Assembly (NCBI GenBank): GCA_963803805.1
Contig: CAWDOD010000004.1
Coordinates: forward strand, 128,001 to 192,000
DNA length: 64,000 nt
Direction of reading: 5' to 3'
From: an uncultured cyanobacterium
GTDB taxonomy: Bacteria; Cyanobacteriota; Cyanobacteriia; Cyanobacteriales; CAWCAG01
Each line of letters starts with the position of its first letter. Positions within the stretch are counted from its first letter, which is position 1. The position numbers were made by a program, and so were the translations under genes. Below the pieces are notes generated by a model. The model had not been told where the DNA came from and did not search any database. It worked only from the letters and a program-made list of their open reading frames with translations. Shown piece by piece: positions 9,909 to 19,353 of the stretch.

Positions 9909-10448
9909 ATGTCTGAACCATTTCTAGGTGAAATTAAAATGATTGCCTTTGATTTTGCACCTCAAGGATTTGCTTTTTGTTACGGTCAGGTACTAAGCAT
10001 TAGTCAGAATCAATCTCTTTTCAATCTCATTGGAGATGCTTATGGTGGAAACGGCACTAGTACTTTTGCTTTACCTGACTTGAGGGGGAGAGTACCTATT
10101 AATGCGGGGCAAGGGCCTGGTTTAAGCAATAGAGTTTTAGGTCAATCAGGAGGTAGTGAGACAGTTACTTTAACTGAGAGTCAGATTCCCTCTCATAATC
10201 ATGATCTAAACGCAGATTTAAACGCGACTAGTAGTAGTGCAAATACTAGCGATCCCGCAGGGAAATTATTAGGAAAGTCTAACCGACCTACTTACCTTTC
10301 AGGAACTGCTGATGTTAAACTTGACTCTGATTCTGTTAGCGGCTCTACAACTAGTGTAGGAGGCAGTCAGGCACATAATAATGTCCAGCCCTTTCTTAGT
10401 ATTAATTTTGTGATTGCTTTGACCGGTGTATTCCCTTCACAGAATTAA
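9909..10448 (+). CDS. Phage tail collar domain protein (MdpB-like)
   Basis: EPFLGEIKMIAFDFAPQG, TFALPDLRGRVP, GGSQAHNNVQPFLSINFVIALTG; GGAGG SD upstream. Confidence 0.9.
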   Translation: MSEPFLGEIKMIAFDFAPQGFAFCYGQVLSISQNQSLFNLIGDAYGGNGTSTFALPDLRGRVPINAGQGPGLSNRVLGQSGGSETVTLTESQIPSHNHDLNADLNATSSSANTSDPAGKLLGKSNRPTYLSGTADVKLDSDSVSGSTTSVGGSQAHNNVQPFLSINFVIALTGVFPSQN

Positions 10449-10491
10449 TACTGTGAAAATGTAATAGGAGTGTTCAAGGGAGGAAAAGGGA

Positions 10492-13026
10492 ATTAGCGCC
10501 GATATAACTACCACAGGGCAATTTATTGCCACCGAACCTCTGGGTAAAAGTGGCGAAGCCGCAGAGAAACAAGTTTGGGAAGCCATCCAAGCTGCTTTTG
10601 GAGAAAGAGAATGTTTAGGCTATTGGCGCTACCCTATTTTTTCTCAGGTGGGGCAGTATCGCCGGGAACCAGATATTCTCATTGCTGATCGCCAGTTGGG
10701 ATTGATTGTTATTGAAGTCAAAGCCCTGAAGATTGAACAAATTGTCCAAATTTCTGGGCATTGCTGGGAATACCAAAACTTTTATACAACTAGAGGTAAT
10801 CCCTATCAACAGGCAGAACAGCAACTCTATACACTCTTGGAGTATAGCGATCGCGAACCAAGTTTAAAAGGGCAAGTTACGGGGCGGGCTTTGGTTGCTT
10901 TACCTTTAATTGAGGAAAGTCAGTGGCAGGAAAGAGGATTTAAGCAACTACCCTCTTCTCCCCCTATTTTGCATCAAGATGTCCTCCAACCAGAAACCAG
11001 ACAGCCACTCTACCAACTCATTGCTAAAATTCCCCCCCTCACTCCGAACAATCAGCTCTCTACCGAACAGTGGCGATTACTTCTTGCCACCTTAGCTGGC
11101 ACTCCTCTCTATTGCCCGCCTACCCACCGTGTCCTCACTGCTGAGACTTCTAGGGGCCACATCTTACAACAAATACGTGCCAGGGTAGGTATCTTCGACT
11201 GGGAATCTGAACGCATTGCCAAACAAATTCCTCCGGGGCCACAACGTCTTAGGGGGGTTGCAGGTTCAGGAAAATCCGTTGTGCTATGTCAAAAGGCGGC
11301 CCATTTGCACCTAAAATATCCCCATTGGCAAATTGCTTTAGTGTTTTTCTCCCGCAGTCTTTACTACCCGATTGTAGACCAAGTAGATCGCTGGCTGCGG
11401 CATTTTAGCTGCGATGAAGTAGGTTATGATCCCCAAAACCCCAACCTACGCATTCTCCATGGTTGGGGTAGTTTGCAGCAACCAGGTTTGTATAGTGTGC
11501 TTTGTCGTCAAACTGGCATCCCACCTCTCACTGTGGGAGATACCCGCAGTAGACAACCTACCGAAGCCCTAGCCCAAGCTTGTAAAGACTTACTGCAACA
11601 GGCTGCCATTCCCCAACTTTTTGATGCTATCCTCATTGATGAAGGGCAGGATTTATTAGTAGATCGAGAGTATAAGTATCAGGATAAACAACCTTTCTAT
11701 TGGTTAGCTTATCAGGCCTTGCGCCCTGCAAACCCAGCCCAACCAGAACAAAAAAGGTTGATCTGGGCTGATGATGAAGCACAGAGTTTAACTAGTCTCC
11801 GGGTAGCTAATGCTAAAGAACTGTTCGGGGAAGAATTAGCCCATTTAGTTACTGGTGAATACAGTGATGGTATACCCAAAACGGCCCTGTTGTCCCGTTC
11901 CTACCGTACACCAGAACCCATTTTGACCCTAGCCCAAGCCCTGAGTATGGGCTTCCTCAAACGAGGGGGTATGTTGACAGGGGTAAGTACCTTAGCAGAC
12001 TGGCAAGGATTAGGCTATCAACCTGAAATCACCCATAGTCCTCTAGGGAGGGGAACAGTTCTCAGCCTTGCTCGTATAGAGGACAACTGCCCTCATCCCC
12101 TGCCTCAACTTTGGCCTCAAGAAATGATTAAGTTTCAAATTTATGGCGATCGCACTTCAGAATTAGAGGCCTTGGCTCAGAATTTGTTCTATAATCTCCG
12201 CTATGATGGTTTGCGTCCTAGTCGGGAATTATTAATAATAATCCTTGGTAGTGGTTTAGAGGCTATACAGCTAGAAAAAAGAGTAGCCCAATTTTTGATC
12301 GCTCAGGGTTTGGATATTTATATTCCTAGTACTAACACTCATAACCAGCTTCGCTCTGATAAAAGTAATTCTCAACCCAACCAATTTTGGTACGAAGGGG
12401 CAATTACCATTAGTCGTATTCACAGAGCGAAGGGTCAGGAGGCAGATCTAGTTTATTTAGTTGGTTTAGATCAAATTGCCAAAGAAGAAGATAACCTCTA
12501 TCACCGTAACCAACTCTTAGTAGCCTTAACCAGAACTAGAGGTTGGGTTCATCTCAGTGGCATTGACAGCTATCCTCTATACGAAGAACTCCACAGTATT
12601 ATCCACAAGGGTAATAGCTTCAGTTGTCGTCAAGATCGTCCTCCCCAAAGACAAATTTGTCTTAGCCCTGCCGGGGAACTGCTACAACGCTATAACCAAG
12701 GTAGTAGAAATTTCCAGAATATTCATCTGCCGATGGCACAACTACCAGGAGTTAATCTCTCTCAAGCCAATTTAATCGGGGCTAATCTCGAAGGTGCTAA
12801 TTTAGAAGGAGCGATCTTAGATGGAGCTAAATTGGCGATCGCTAATTTGGTGGGAGCGAATCTCTCTGGTGTCAGTCTGCGTAAGGCTCAATTAATAGGG
12901 GCTAATCTCAAAGGTGCTAAGCTTAGAAATGCTGATTTACAGTTTGCAGATTTAACAGATACTTTCCTTGAAGGAGCAGATTTGAGGGGAACTTTACTGG
13001 AGCAAAACGAAAGCACTTTTAAATGA
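10492..13026 (+). CDS. NERD-type nuclease + SF1 (UvrD-like) helicase + pentapeptide-repeat protein
   Basis: EPDIL...VIEVK nuclease motif, GVAGSGKS Walker A, LIDEGQD, SYRTP, HRAKGQE, VALTRTR, C-terminal ANL repeats; frame is open back to 10468, ATT start at 10492 inferred (first canonical start GTG 10648). Confidence 0.85.
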   Translation: MSADITTTGQFIATEPLGKSGEAAEKQVWEAIQAAFGERECLGYWRYPIFSQVGQYRREPDILIADRQLGLIVIEVKALKIEQIVQISGHCWEYQNFYTTRGNPYQQAEQQLYTLLEYSDREPSLKGQVTGRALVALPLIEESQWQERGFKQLPSSPPILHQDVLQPETRQPLYQLIAKIPPLTPNNQLSTEQWRLLLATLAGTPLYCPPTHRVLTAETSRGHILQQIRARVGIFDWESERIAKQIPPGPQRLRGVAGSGKSVVLCQKAAHLHLKYPHWQIALVFFSRSLYYPIVDQVDRWLRHFSCDEVGYDPQNPNLRILHGWGSLQQPGLYSVLCRQTGIPPLTVGDTRSRQPTEALAQACKDLLQQAAIPQLFDAILIDEGQDLLVDREYKYQDKQPFYWLAYQALRPANPAQPEQKRLIWADDEAQSLTSLRVANAKELFGEELAHLVTGEYSDGIPKTALLSRSYRTPEPILTLAQALSMGFLKRGGMLTGVSTLADWQGLGYQPEITHSPLGRGTVLSLARIEDNCPHPLPQLWPQEMIKFQIYGDRTSELEALAQNLFYNLRYDGLRPSRELLIIILGSGLEAIQLEKRVAQFLIAQGLDIYIPSTNTHNQLRSDKSNSQPNQFWYEGAITISRIHRAKGQEADLVYLVGLDQIAKEEDNLYHRNQLLVALTRTRGWVHLSGIDSYPLYEELHSIIHKGNSFSCRQDRPPQRQICLSPAGELLQRYNQGSRNFQNIHLPMAQLPGVNLSQANLIGANLEGANLEGAILDGAKLAIANLVGANLSGVSLRKAQLIGANLKGAKLRNADLQFADLTDTFLEGADLRGTLLEQNESTFK

Positions 13027-13065
13027 CTCTAAGGAAAAGATATAGCTAAACAAAAGGCAAAGAAG

Positions 13066-13782
13066 CTAGTGGAGAACCTTCTGTTGGGCTTCTAACAAGT
13101 CTTTAATCCCTTTTTCGGCTAAATCCATTATTTGGTTAAGTTGGCTACGGCTATAACTTCCTTCCTCTGCTGTTCCTTGTACTTCAATAATACCCATTTC
13201 TCCATTCATCACCACATTAAAATCAACTTCTGCGGCTACATCTTCTGGGTAGTTTAAATCTAAAAAAGCTTCCCCTTCAATAATGCCTACAGAAATTGCT
13301 GCTACCGGATGACGTAGAGGGGACTTTTCTAAATCTCCTTTTTTCAGCAACTTGTTAATAGAATCAGCTACTGCAACATATCCTCCAGTAATGGAAGTTG
13401 TTCTTGTACCAGCATCAGCTTGAAGCACATCGGCATCAACAGTAATGGTATATTCTCCTAAAGCTTGGAAATCGAAACAAGCCCTTAAGCTACGCCCAAT
13501 TAAGCGTTGAATTTCTTGGGTACGTCCAGACAGTTTGAGTAATTCTCTAGGATGGCGTTGGGGAGTTGCCCCTGGTAACATTCGATATTCTGCCGTTAAC
13601 CAGCCAGTCCCCGTATCCTTGAGAAATCGGGGGACACCAGGAGAAACGCTAGCAGTACAAAGTACTTTGGTATCACCACAACAGGCAAGCACAGAAGCAG
13701 AAGCAAAGCGAGTGTAGTCTAATTCAAAACTGTGGGGACGTAACTGATCTGGTTGACGATTATCGGGACGTTGCCAAGGCAT
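13066..13782 (-). CDS. rph: Ribonuclease PH
   Basis: [41 protein letters not shown]. Confidence 0.97.
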   Translation of the reverse strand: MPWQRPDNRQPDQLRPHSFELDYTRFASASVLACCGDTKVLCTASVSPGVPRFLKDTGTGWLTAEYRMLPGATPQRHPRELLKLSGRTQEIQRLIGRSLRACFDFQALGEYTITVDADVLQADAGTRTTSITGGYVAVADSINKLLKKGDLEKSPLRHPVAAISVGIIEGEAFLDLNYPEDVAAEVDFNVVMNGEMGIIEVQGTAEEGSYSRSQLNQIMDLAEKGIKDLLEAQQKVLH

Positions 13783-13863
13783 AAAGATATATAGGTATTT
13801 TTTGTGGGCGCTAAAAGTTTTGCCACTGATTACTGAATTACGATTACTTGTTACTTAACGATA

Positions 13864-13948
13864 CGGAGAGGGGGAGATTCGAACTCCCGGAGCCTTTCGG
13901 CTCATCCGATTTCAAGTCGGACGCGATCGACCACTCTGCCACCTCTCC
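13864..13948 (-). tRNA. tRNA-Ser(UGA)
   Basis: GGAGAGGTGGCAGAGTGG...CCGAC-TTGAAAT-CGG...long variable arm...GTTCGAATC...CTCTCCG, 85 nt. Confidence 0.95.
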
Positions 13949-13969
13949 AGACAAGCTTTTTTTATTGTA

Positions 13970-14917
13970 TCAAGGTAAGGACTTTACCGCAGGGTCTGAG
14001 GAACTATAAAAAGTCTCTTGGGAGGCAACTTCAAATTCAGATCCTAGCCAAACTAGGGATATTTCCTCTACAACTCCATTATGGAGAGAAACTAAAGAAA
14101 AATTCCGTAACCGTTTTCCTTTCACCTCTTTGATACGAGGAACCCTAGCAGCATTAAAATAAACTGTTCCTTGGGGAGAAGTTTTAATTATGGTACGCAA
14201 TCTTTTTTTAGTATGGCGTAGGTTATGGTGCATATGACCAAAAGTTACTAGAGGAATAGTTTTTCCTAAAGTTCGTGCTTGTTCAATGGCTGAGGTTAAA
14301 TCAGGATCACCAAAGTCTCCCCCTTCTCTTTGCCAATCTCGGCCACAAATATCTTCTGGTTTATCTCCTAAGCCTGCTGGCCCTGAATGACTAAGAAAAA
14401 TGATTGTTTCGTAAGCTGTTTCTTTCGCAGCAGCAACTATTGAAGTAGTTGATTCTTCTAGGTTATTAATGCCCCAGCGATCGCGATAAATTTTATCTAT
14501 CCTTAACTGAGATCCTCCCCAACTAAAAGGACGACCTCCAACTACTGAGAGGTTAAATTGAGGAAAATCCAACTTGCCATAACCAACATGACTTTCTCCT
14601 AACAAATCTAGTTGTTGTTGAAGACGATCCTCTTTTTGCAGATCATAAGGAGGTGTTCTTCGCCAAGGATTAGCCATGTACCAGACATCATGATTGCCTA
14701 ATACCACTGCTTTGGGGATTTTGACTGAGGCAACTTTTGCTACTACATCTACAGATTCATTACCAAAATCCCCCACAAATAGTACTAAATCTACTCCTAA
14801 GTGGTGCAGGGTAATTTCATCTTCATCTTCCCAGAGGTCATGTACGTCTCCGACTACAGCAATTTTCACTTTATTTTTCATCGCAATTACCCTCTTTTCA
14901 ATGATGCCTAACAGCAT
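13970..14917 (-). CDS. Calcineurin-like metallophosphoesterase (TIGR04168-like)
   Basis: GDVH, VGDFGN, LGNHD, FGHMH; alternative start ATG at 14881. Confidence 0.88.
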   Translation of the reverse strand: MLLGIIEKRVIAMKNKVKIAVVGDVHDLWEDEDEITLHHLGVDLVLFVGDFGNESVDVVAKVASVKIPKAVVLGNHDVWYMANPWRRTPPYDLQKEDRLQQQLDLLGESHVGYGKLDFPQFNLSVVGGRPFSWGGSQLRIDKIYRDRWGINNLEESTTSIVAAAKETAYETIIFLSHSGPAGLGDKPEDICGRDWQREGGDFGDPDLTSAIEQARTLGKTIPLVTFGHMHHNLRHTKKRLRTIIKTSPQGTVYFNAARVPRIKEVKGKRLRNFSLVSLHNGVVEEISLVWLGSEFEVASQETFYSSSDPAVKSLP

Positions 14918-15237
14918 CAGTTATCTTCTGCTGAATCTTGCTTAGCAAGCCTTTTGAACCAAGGACTTTTACTGATACTTTGGTATAGCATTGCTGAACC
15001 TGTAATTAGCATCCATAGCAAAGCTAAGCCATTAACCAGTACATAAATTGGCTCTAGAAACTTGCCCAAATACTCTCCTTCATGAATCACCATAAAAATA
15101 TGGGCTTGATCCCTAGACCAACCAAACCAACTTTTACCAATACGGTAAGTTACTCCTGTGGCTGCGGTGACGAAGAACGGAATTAGTACAATGGGAGCCA
15201 TTTTGCTGTGTAGTTTGCGAAATAAGCGCAGATCCAT
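14917..15237 (-). CDS. Small PepSY-TM-like membrane protein
   Basis: FRKLH...TG, IHEGEY, two TM helices. Confidence 0.7.
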   Translation of the reverse strand: MDLRLFRKLHSKMAPIVLIPFFVTAATGVTYRIGKSWFGWSRDQAHIFMVIHEGEYLGKFLEPIYVLVNGLALLWMLITGSAMLYQSISKSPWFKRLAKQDSAEDN

Positions 15238-15298
15238 ATTTTTTTAGTGTTAGATAGCCTTTAAAATCACAACTGGAAGCATTTTAACCACAAAAAGT

Positions 15299-15748
15299 TT
15301 AAACACCTTCATAGCGCATAATTTCTACAGGTAAAGAGAAGATGTTTTTGGCTAACATAGGTAAAGCAAACTTGATTTTTAGTGATTTAGGTAAATCTTG
15401 CCAAGAAACAGATACAAAACCCAAATGAGCATAGAATTGAGGCAGTTTTTTACCCAAACACTCGATGTAAAGAGGCTGGGTTGCTTGTTTCACCAAATGT
15501 TGAGCTAAATAACTTCCTAAACCGCGATCGCGCCACTTTGGTTTCACAACCAAACTACCTAATTCTTGCGCCCCTGTGAAACTGCGTAACTGTCCGCAAG
15601 CTATAATCTCTTGGGGAGAGGCAATAACCCAAAATTGTTGCCACTTTAGCTGAGTCGGGTCAAGTTTAGCTCCAAAAACCAACTTTCTAATTGACCAAAT
15701 ATCTCGTTCTGTCGCTCGGCGCAGCACATACCCCGATGGTAGTACCAT
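15299..15748 (-). CDS. GNAT acetyltransferase
   Basis: ELGSLVVKPKWRDRGLG motif A, FYAHLGF. Confidence 0.88.
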   Translation of the reverse strand: MVLPSGYVLRRATERDIWSIRKLVFGAKLDPTQLKWQQFWVIASPQEIIACGQLRSFTGAQELGSLVVKPKWRDRGLGSYLAQHLVKQATQPLYIECLGKKLPQFYAHLGFVSVSWQDLPKSLKIKFALPMLAKNIFSLPVEIMRYEGV

Positions 15749-15948
15749 ATTAATTTGTTTTTGTTGTGGACATAGAACTTTTTTCCTGGCTTTCCTAGTT
15801 CAGAAAAATCTCTTCCCTCAATTTAGCTTCTATGAGTTACTTTGGTAATTGTGTCGCTCTAAAGAGTCGATGCTGTCGGACAGGTTAATATCTCCGGTTT
15901 CAAACATCCCTAGACCATAAACTTCAGAACTAAAAATTAATAATCTCG

Positions 15949-17622
15949 ATGTTAGTTTATCGTCATCTTATCGCGGTCAGTATAGGAGCAATTATCACTC
16001 TAGGCGGTTCTCTGCCAGCAACCTCCCAAGAAGGTCTTTCTTCTGGAGGTCGGCAAACAGCCCAAAATGTTCCTACCTTTCCTCAATCAGAAGAAATTAT
16101 TCCCCAAGATAGTAACTTCTCCATGAGCGAACCAGAGCCTCCGATGGCTCCTTTTAGTGAATCTTTACAGGGCAGGGAAGATTATATAAATCCTTTTCTG
16201 CAAATTCCAGAAGGAGTAGAAGTTCCCCTCAATATTCCTTCTCCTAATGAGAATCTCCCCATTGGTTCCCTGGAATTTCTTGATCCTAGTGCTAATCCTT
16301 TGTTATTTCCCACTGAAGCTGATGAGGTTAGGGTAGAGAATATTGAGCTTATATCTTTAGAACAGGCTATTGAGATAGCGAGGAAGAACAATAGGGATTT
16401 AGAAGAAGCCAGACTAAGCTTAGAAAGCTCCCGTGAGGGAGTGCGAGAGGCTCTAGCTTCAGAGTATCCAACCATTAGCACTCAATTGGATTTTACTCGT
16501 TCTGACTCTGCTAATAGTGAATTATCTTTCAGGCGATCGCCTCAGTTTGGCCTTTTCACTGGGGACGATGATACAATCAGCACGAGTTTTAATGGTAGCC
16601 TTGAAGTTAACTACGACCTTTTTACATCAGGAAGAAGATCGGCTCAAATTAAAGCAGCAGAAGAACAGTTGCGTCTCAACCAACTAGATTTGGAGCGTAC
16701 CGCAGAACAAATTCGTTTTGAGGCTACAGAGGCTTATTATGATTTGCAAGAAGCAGATGCTCAAGTTGTGATTGCTAGAGCTGCGGTTGAGCAAGCTGAA
16801 GCTAGTTTGACAAATAGCCAGTTGCGGGAAAGCGCTGGTTTGGGTACAAGGTTTGAAACTTTGCAAGACGCAACTCAAGTAGCAGATGCTGAGCAAAATC
16901 TTGTTCTAGCAGAATCGCAACAAAATATTGCTCGTCGTTCCATAGCCTTGGTTTTGGGCTTAGGTCAAAAGGTAGGGGTACTTGCCGTTGCTAGTGATGC
17001 TATTGTCGCTGCTGGGGAGTGGGATTTATCTTTAGAAGAGAGTATCATTCTCGCTTTGAAAAATAGGGCTGAGTTAGAGCAAGAATTAATTAGAAGAAAT
17101 ATTAGTGATCAACAAAGGCGCATTGCCCTATCTGATCTTCGTCCCCAAGCTAGTTTATTCGCTAATTACGATGTGTTGGGGGTTTTAGATGATAATTTAG
17201 GCCCAGCAGATGGTTTGACCATTGGGGCTAGGTTAAGGTGGACTCTTTTTGATGGTGGCGCAGCTAATGCGAGGGCCGAACAAGAACAAAAGAATATTGA
17301 GATTTCTGAGAATCGCTTCGACAATCAACGTAACCAAATTCGTTTGGAAGTGGAACGAGGTTATTACAATCTGATAGCAAATAAAAGAAATATTTCTACT
17401 GCCAGAGCAGCGGTGACATTAGCCGTAGAAAGATTGAGATTAGCCCGTCTGCGCTTACAAGAAGGTGTGGGTATTAAAAGTGATGAAATTTCTGCCCAAA
17501 GTGAATTAACCCGTGCCAGAAGTAATTTGGTAAGGGCTGTAGTAGATTACAACCGAGCATTATCCTCACTGCAAAGAGCAGTAACTAATTTGCCTGATGG
17601 CAAGTTGTTCGATTTACCATAG
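15949..17622 (+). CDS. TolC-family outer membrane efflux protein
   Basis: Signal peptide; SLEQAIEIARKNN, YYDLQ, GLGTRFE, LKNRAEL two-repeat OEP architecture. Confidence 0.9.
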   Translation: MLVYRHLIAVSIGAIITLGGSLPATSQEGLSSGGRQTAQNVPTFPQSEEIIPQDSNFSMSEPEPPMAPFSESLQGREDYINPFLQIPEGVEVPLNIPSPNENLPIGSLEFLDPSANPLLFPTEADEVRVENIELISLEQAIEIARKNNRDLEEARLSLESSREGVREALASEYPTISTQLDFTRSDSANSELSFRRSPQFGLFTGDDDTISTSFNGSLEVNYDLFTSGRRSAQIKAAEEQLRLNQLDLERTAEQIRFEATEAYYDLQEADAQVVIARAAVEQAEASLTNSQLRESAGLGTRFETLQDATQVADAEQNLVLAESQQNIARRSIALVLGLGQKVGVLAVASDAIVAAGEWDLSLEESIILALKNRAELEQELIRRNISDQQRRIALSDLRPQASLFANYDVLGVLDDNLGPADGLTIGARLRWTLFDGGAANARAEQEQKNIEISENRFDNQRNQIRLEVERGYYNLIANKRNISTARAAVTLAVERLRLARLRLQEGVGIKSDEISAQSELTRARSNLVRAVVDYNRALSSLQRAVTNLPDGKLFDLP

Positions 17623-17734
17623 TGATGTGGGGAGACGAGCAGATATCCTCATATCCCTTTTCTCTAAATCTTATCCCTTATATTTTCTTAACATTCTATA
17701 AAATAAGAATATCGTTAAAAGAAAAAGAGGGCTG

Positions 17735-18031
17735 ATGGCTAATATCACATTTGTTAAAGAAGATAAAGAAATAATAGCTGCTGATGGGGCTAATTTAAGA
17801 GAAAAAGCTTTACAAAATGATATTGATCTCTATACCTTGAAGGGAAAGTTAATCAACTGCGGGGGATATGGACAGTGCGGCACTTGTTTGGTTGAAGTGG
17901 TTGAGGGAATAGAAAATCTTTCTGAAAAGACAGATTTTGAGAAACGCAAACTTAGTAAAAGACCCGATAATTACCGTTTAGCTTGCCAAACTATGGTTAA
18001 TGGCCCAGTAAGTGTCAAAACTAAACCATAA
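17735..18031 (+). CDS. 2Fe-2S ferredoxin-like protein
   Basis: [11 protein letters not shown]...RLACQ. Confidence 0.92.
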   Translation: MANITFVKEDKEIIAADGANLREKALQNDIDLYTLKGKLINCGGYGQCGTCLVEVVEGIENLSEKTDFEKRKLSKRPDNYRLACQTMVNGPVSVKTKP

Positions 18032-18112
18032 AATTTTGCTTATTCCTTCTATTTCAACTCGATGATATTCTAAGGGTAGTTGGTTTAAATAATTTTTAGA
18101 GGCGCTAATTAT

Positions 18113-18220
18113 ATGCAAGTAAACGATTTGGGATTTGTTGCCACAATCCTATTTGTGCTAGTTCCTACAGTTTTTTTACTAATTCTGTACATTCAAACAG
18201 CAAGTCGCGGCGAAGGTTAA
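18113..18220 (+). CDS. psbM: Photosystem II protein M (not in the ORF track)
   Basis: [35 protein letters not shown], 35 aa. Confidence 0.97.
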   Translation: MQVNDLGFVATILFVLVPTVFLLILYIQTASRGEG

Positions 18221-18240
18221 AAACATTCAAGCATTTGTTG

Positions 18241-18275
18241 GGAAGAGACGTTAATATCAGCGTCTCTTCTCCTTT
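18241..18275. terminator. Hairpin between convergent psbM and usp genes
   Basis: GAAGAGACG-loop-CGTCTCTTC. Confidence 0.6.
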
Positions 18276-18304
18276 ACCAGTCAATTTTCAATTGACTAAC
18301 TACT

Positions 18305-19156
18305 CTAGGTAGTTGTTCTGGTTAAAAGCACAGGGCAAGTCGCATTGACCCTAACATAATCAGATAAAGAGGTTCCTAATAAACGGTCTAGATCAGGAAG
18401 TGCCTTGGCAATAGAAGGGCGGCGATCTGGGGAACCCATAACTAGTAAATCGACGTTATTGTCCTCTATGGCTTGACAAATTTCCTTACTAGGTCTTCCT
18501 CCTGTCACCAGGCAGCTATATTTAACTCCCATACGTTTAACTTTAGTAATTGCCTCAGCTACAACAGGATTCTGTTCCATCTCACTTTGAGAAAGAGGTA
18601 GCAATTTGGGGCTTAAATCCGGATTAACCCGGAATAAAAGTAGTTTAGCTCCTGGATAATCTCTGAGCAAATAAAGAGCTAAATCTAAGCTAGATTGGGA
18701 GGCCTCAGAGCGATCTAAGGCTACCATAACATTCTTGATTTTTTTGACATAAATATCGTCTTTAACCAAGAGCATAGGACGATCCGTTAGTTGAAATACA
18801 TACTGACTAACAGAGTTTTCCAAAAATGATTCTAAACGTTGTAGACCCCGCGAACCCATAATAATTAAATCAGCATCAATTTCTTGAGCGACTTTACATA
18901 CGGTATCTTTAGGTTCTCCTTGACGAAGCATACTAGAAACTCGATCTGCTTCTATATCTAGGGATTGGATAACTTCTGCAAGAATTTTTCCTCCCTCTTC
19001 TAATTTCTTTGCCATGGTGTCTGTAGTAACTTGAGAAGGAACAACATGAAGAATATTAATAGAGGCATTCTTGATGGCAGGAATTTCTCGCAGGTATTTC
19101 AACATCTGTTCGGAATTTTCTGTTCCAGAATAAGCAAACAAAATTTTCTTAATCAT
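18305..19156 (-). CDS. Universal stress protein (two USP domains)
   Basis: DLIIMGSRG...SVSQYV; DLLVMGS...LLGTSLSDYVRVNATCPVL. Confidence 0.93.
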   Translation of the reverse strand: MIKKILFAYSGTENSEQMLKYLREIPAIKNASINILHVVPSQVTTDTMAKKLEEGGKILAEVIQSLDIEADRVSSMLRQGEPKDTVCKVAQEIDADLIIMGSRGLQRLESFLENSVSQYVFQLTDRPMLLVKDDIYVKKIKNVMVALDRSEASQSSLDLALYLLRDYPGAKLLLFRVNPDLSPKLLPLSQSEMEQNPVVAEAITKVKRMGVKYSCLVTGGRPSKEICQAIEDNNVDLLVMGSPDRRPSIAKALPDLDRLLGTSLSDYVRVNATCPVLLTRTTT

Positions 19157-19353
19157 GATAATCTCTATAACAAATTAATTTTGAGAAACACTTTCTTAAT
19201 CTTAGGATTATTGTTGATTTTGTTGGTTATATTTAACGAAATATAACCAAATGTTTTTAATTGTTAATTGTCAAGCTACCAGGAATTTAGATTATTTATT
19301 AGGGTAAGGGAATAGGTAATAGGGGAAGAAATATATTAGCTTTTCCTTGTCGC

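Noticed and set aside
9909..10448. Prophage or contractile injection system suggested by the tail-collar gene
   Set aside because: No sheath, tube, baseplate, capsid, terminase or integrase genes in the window
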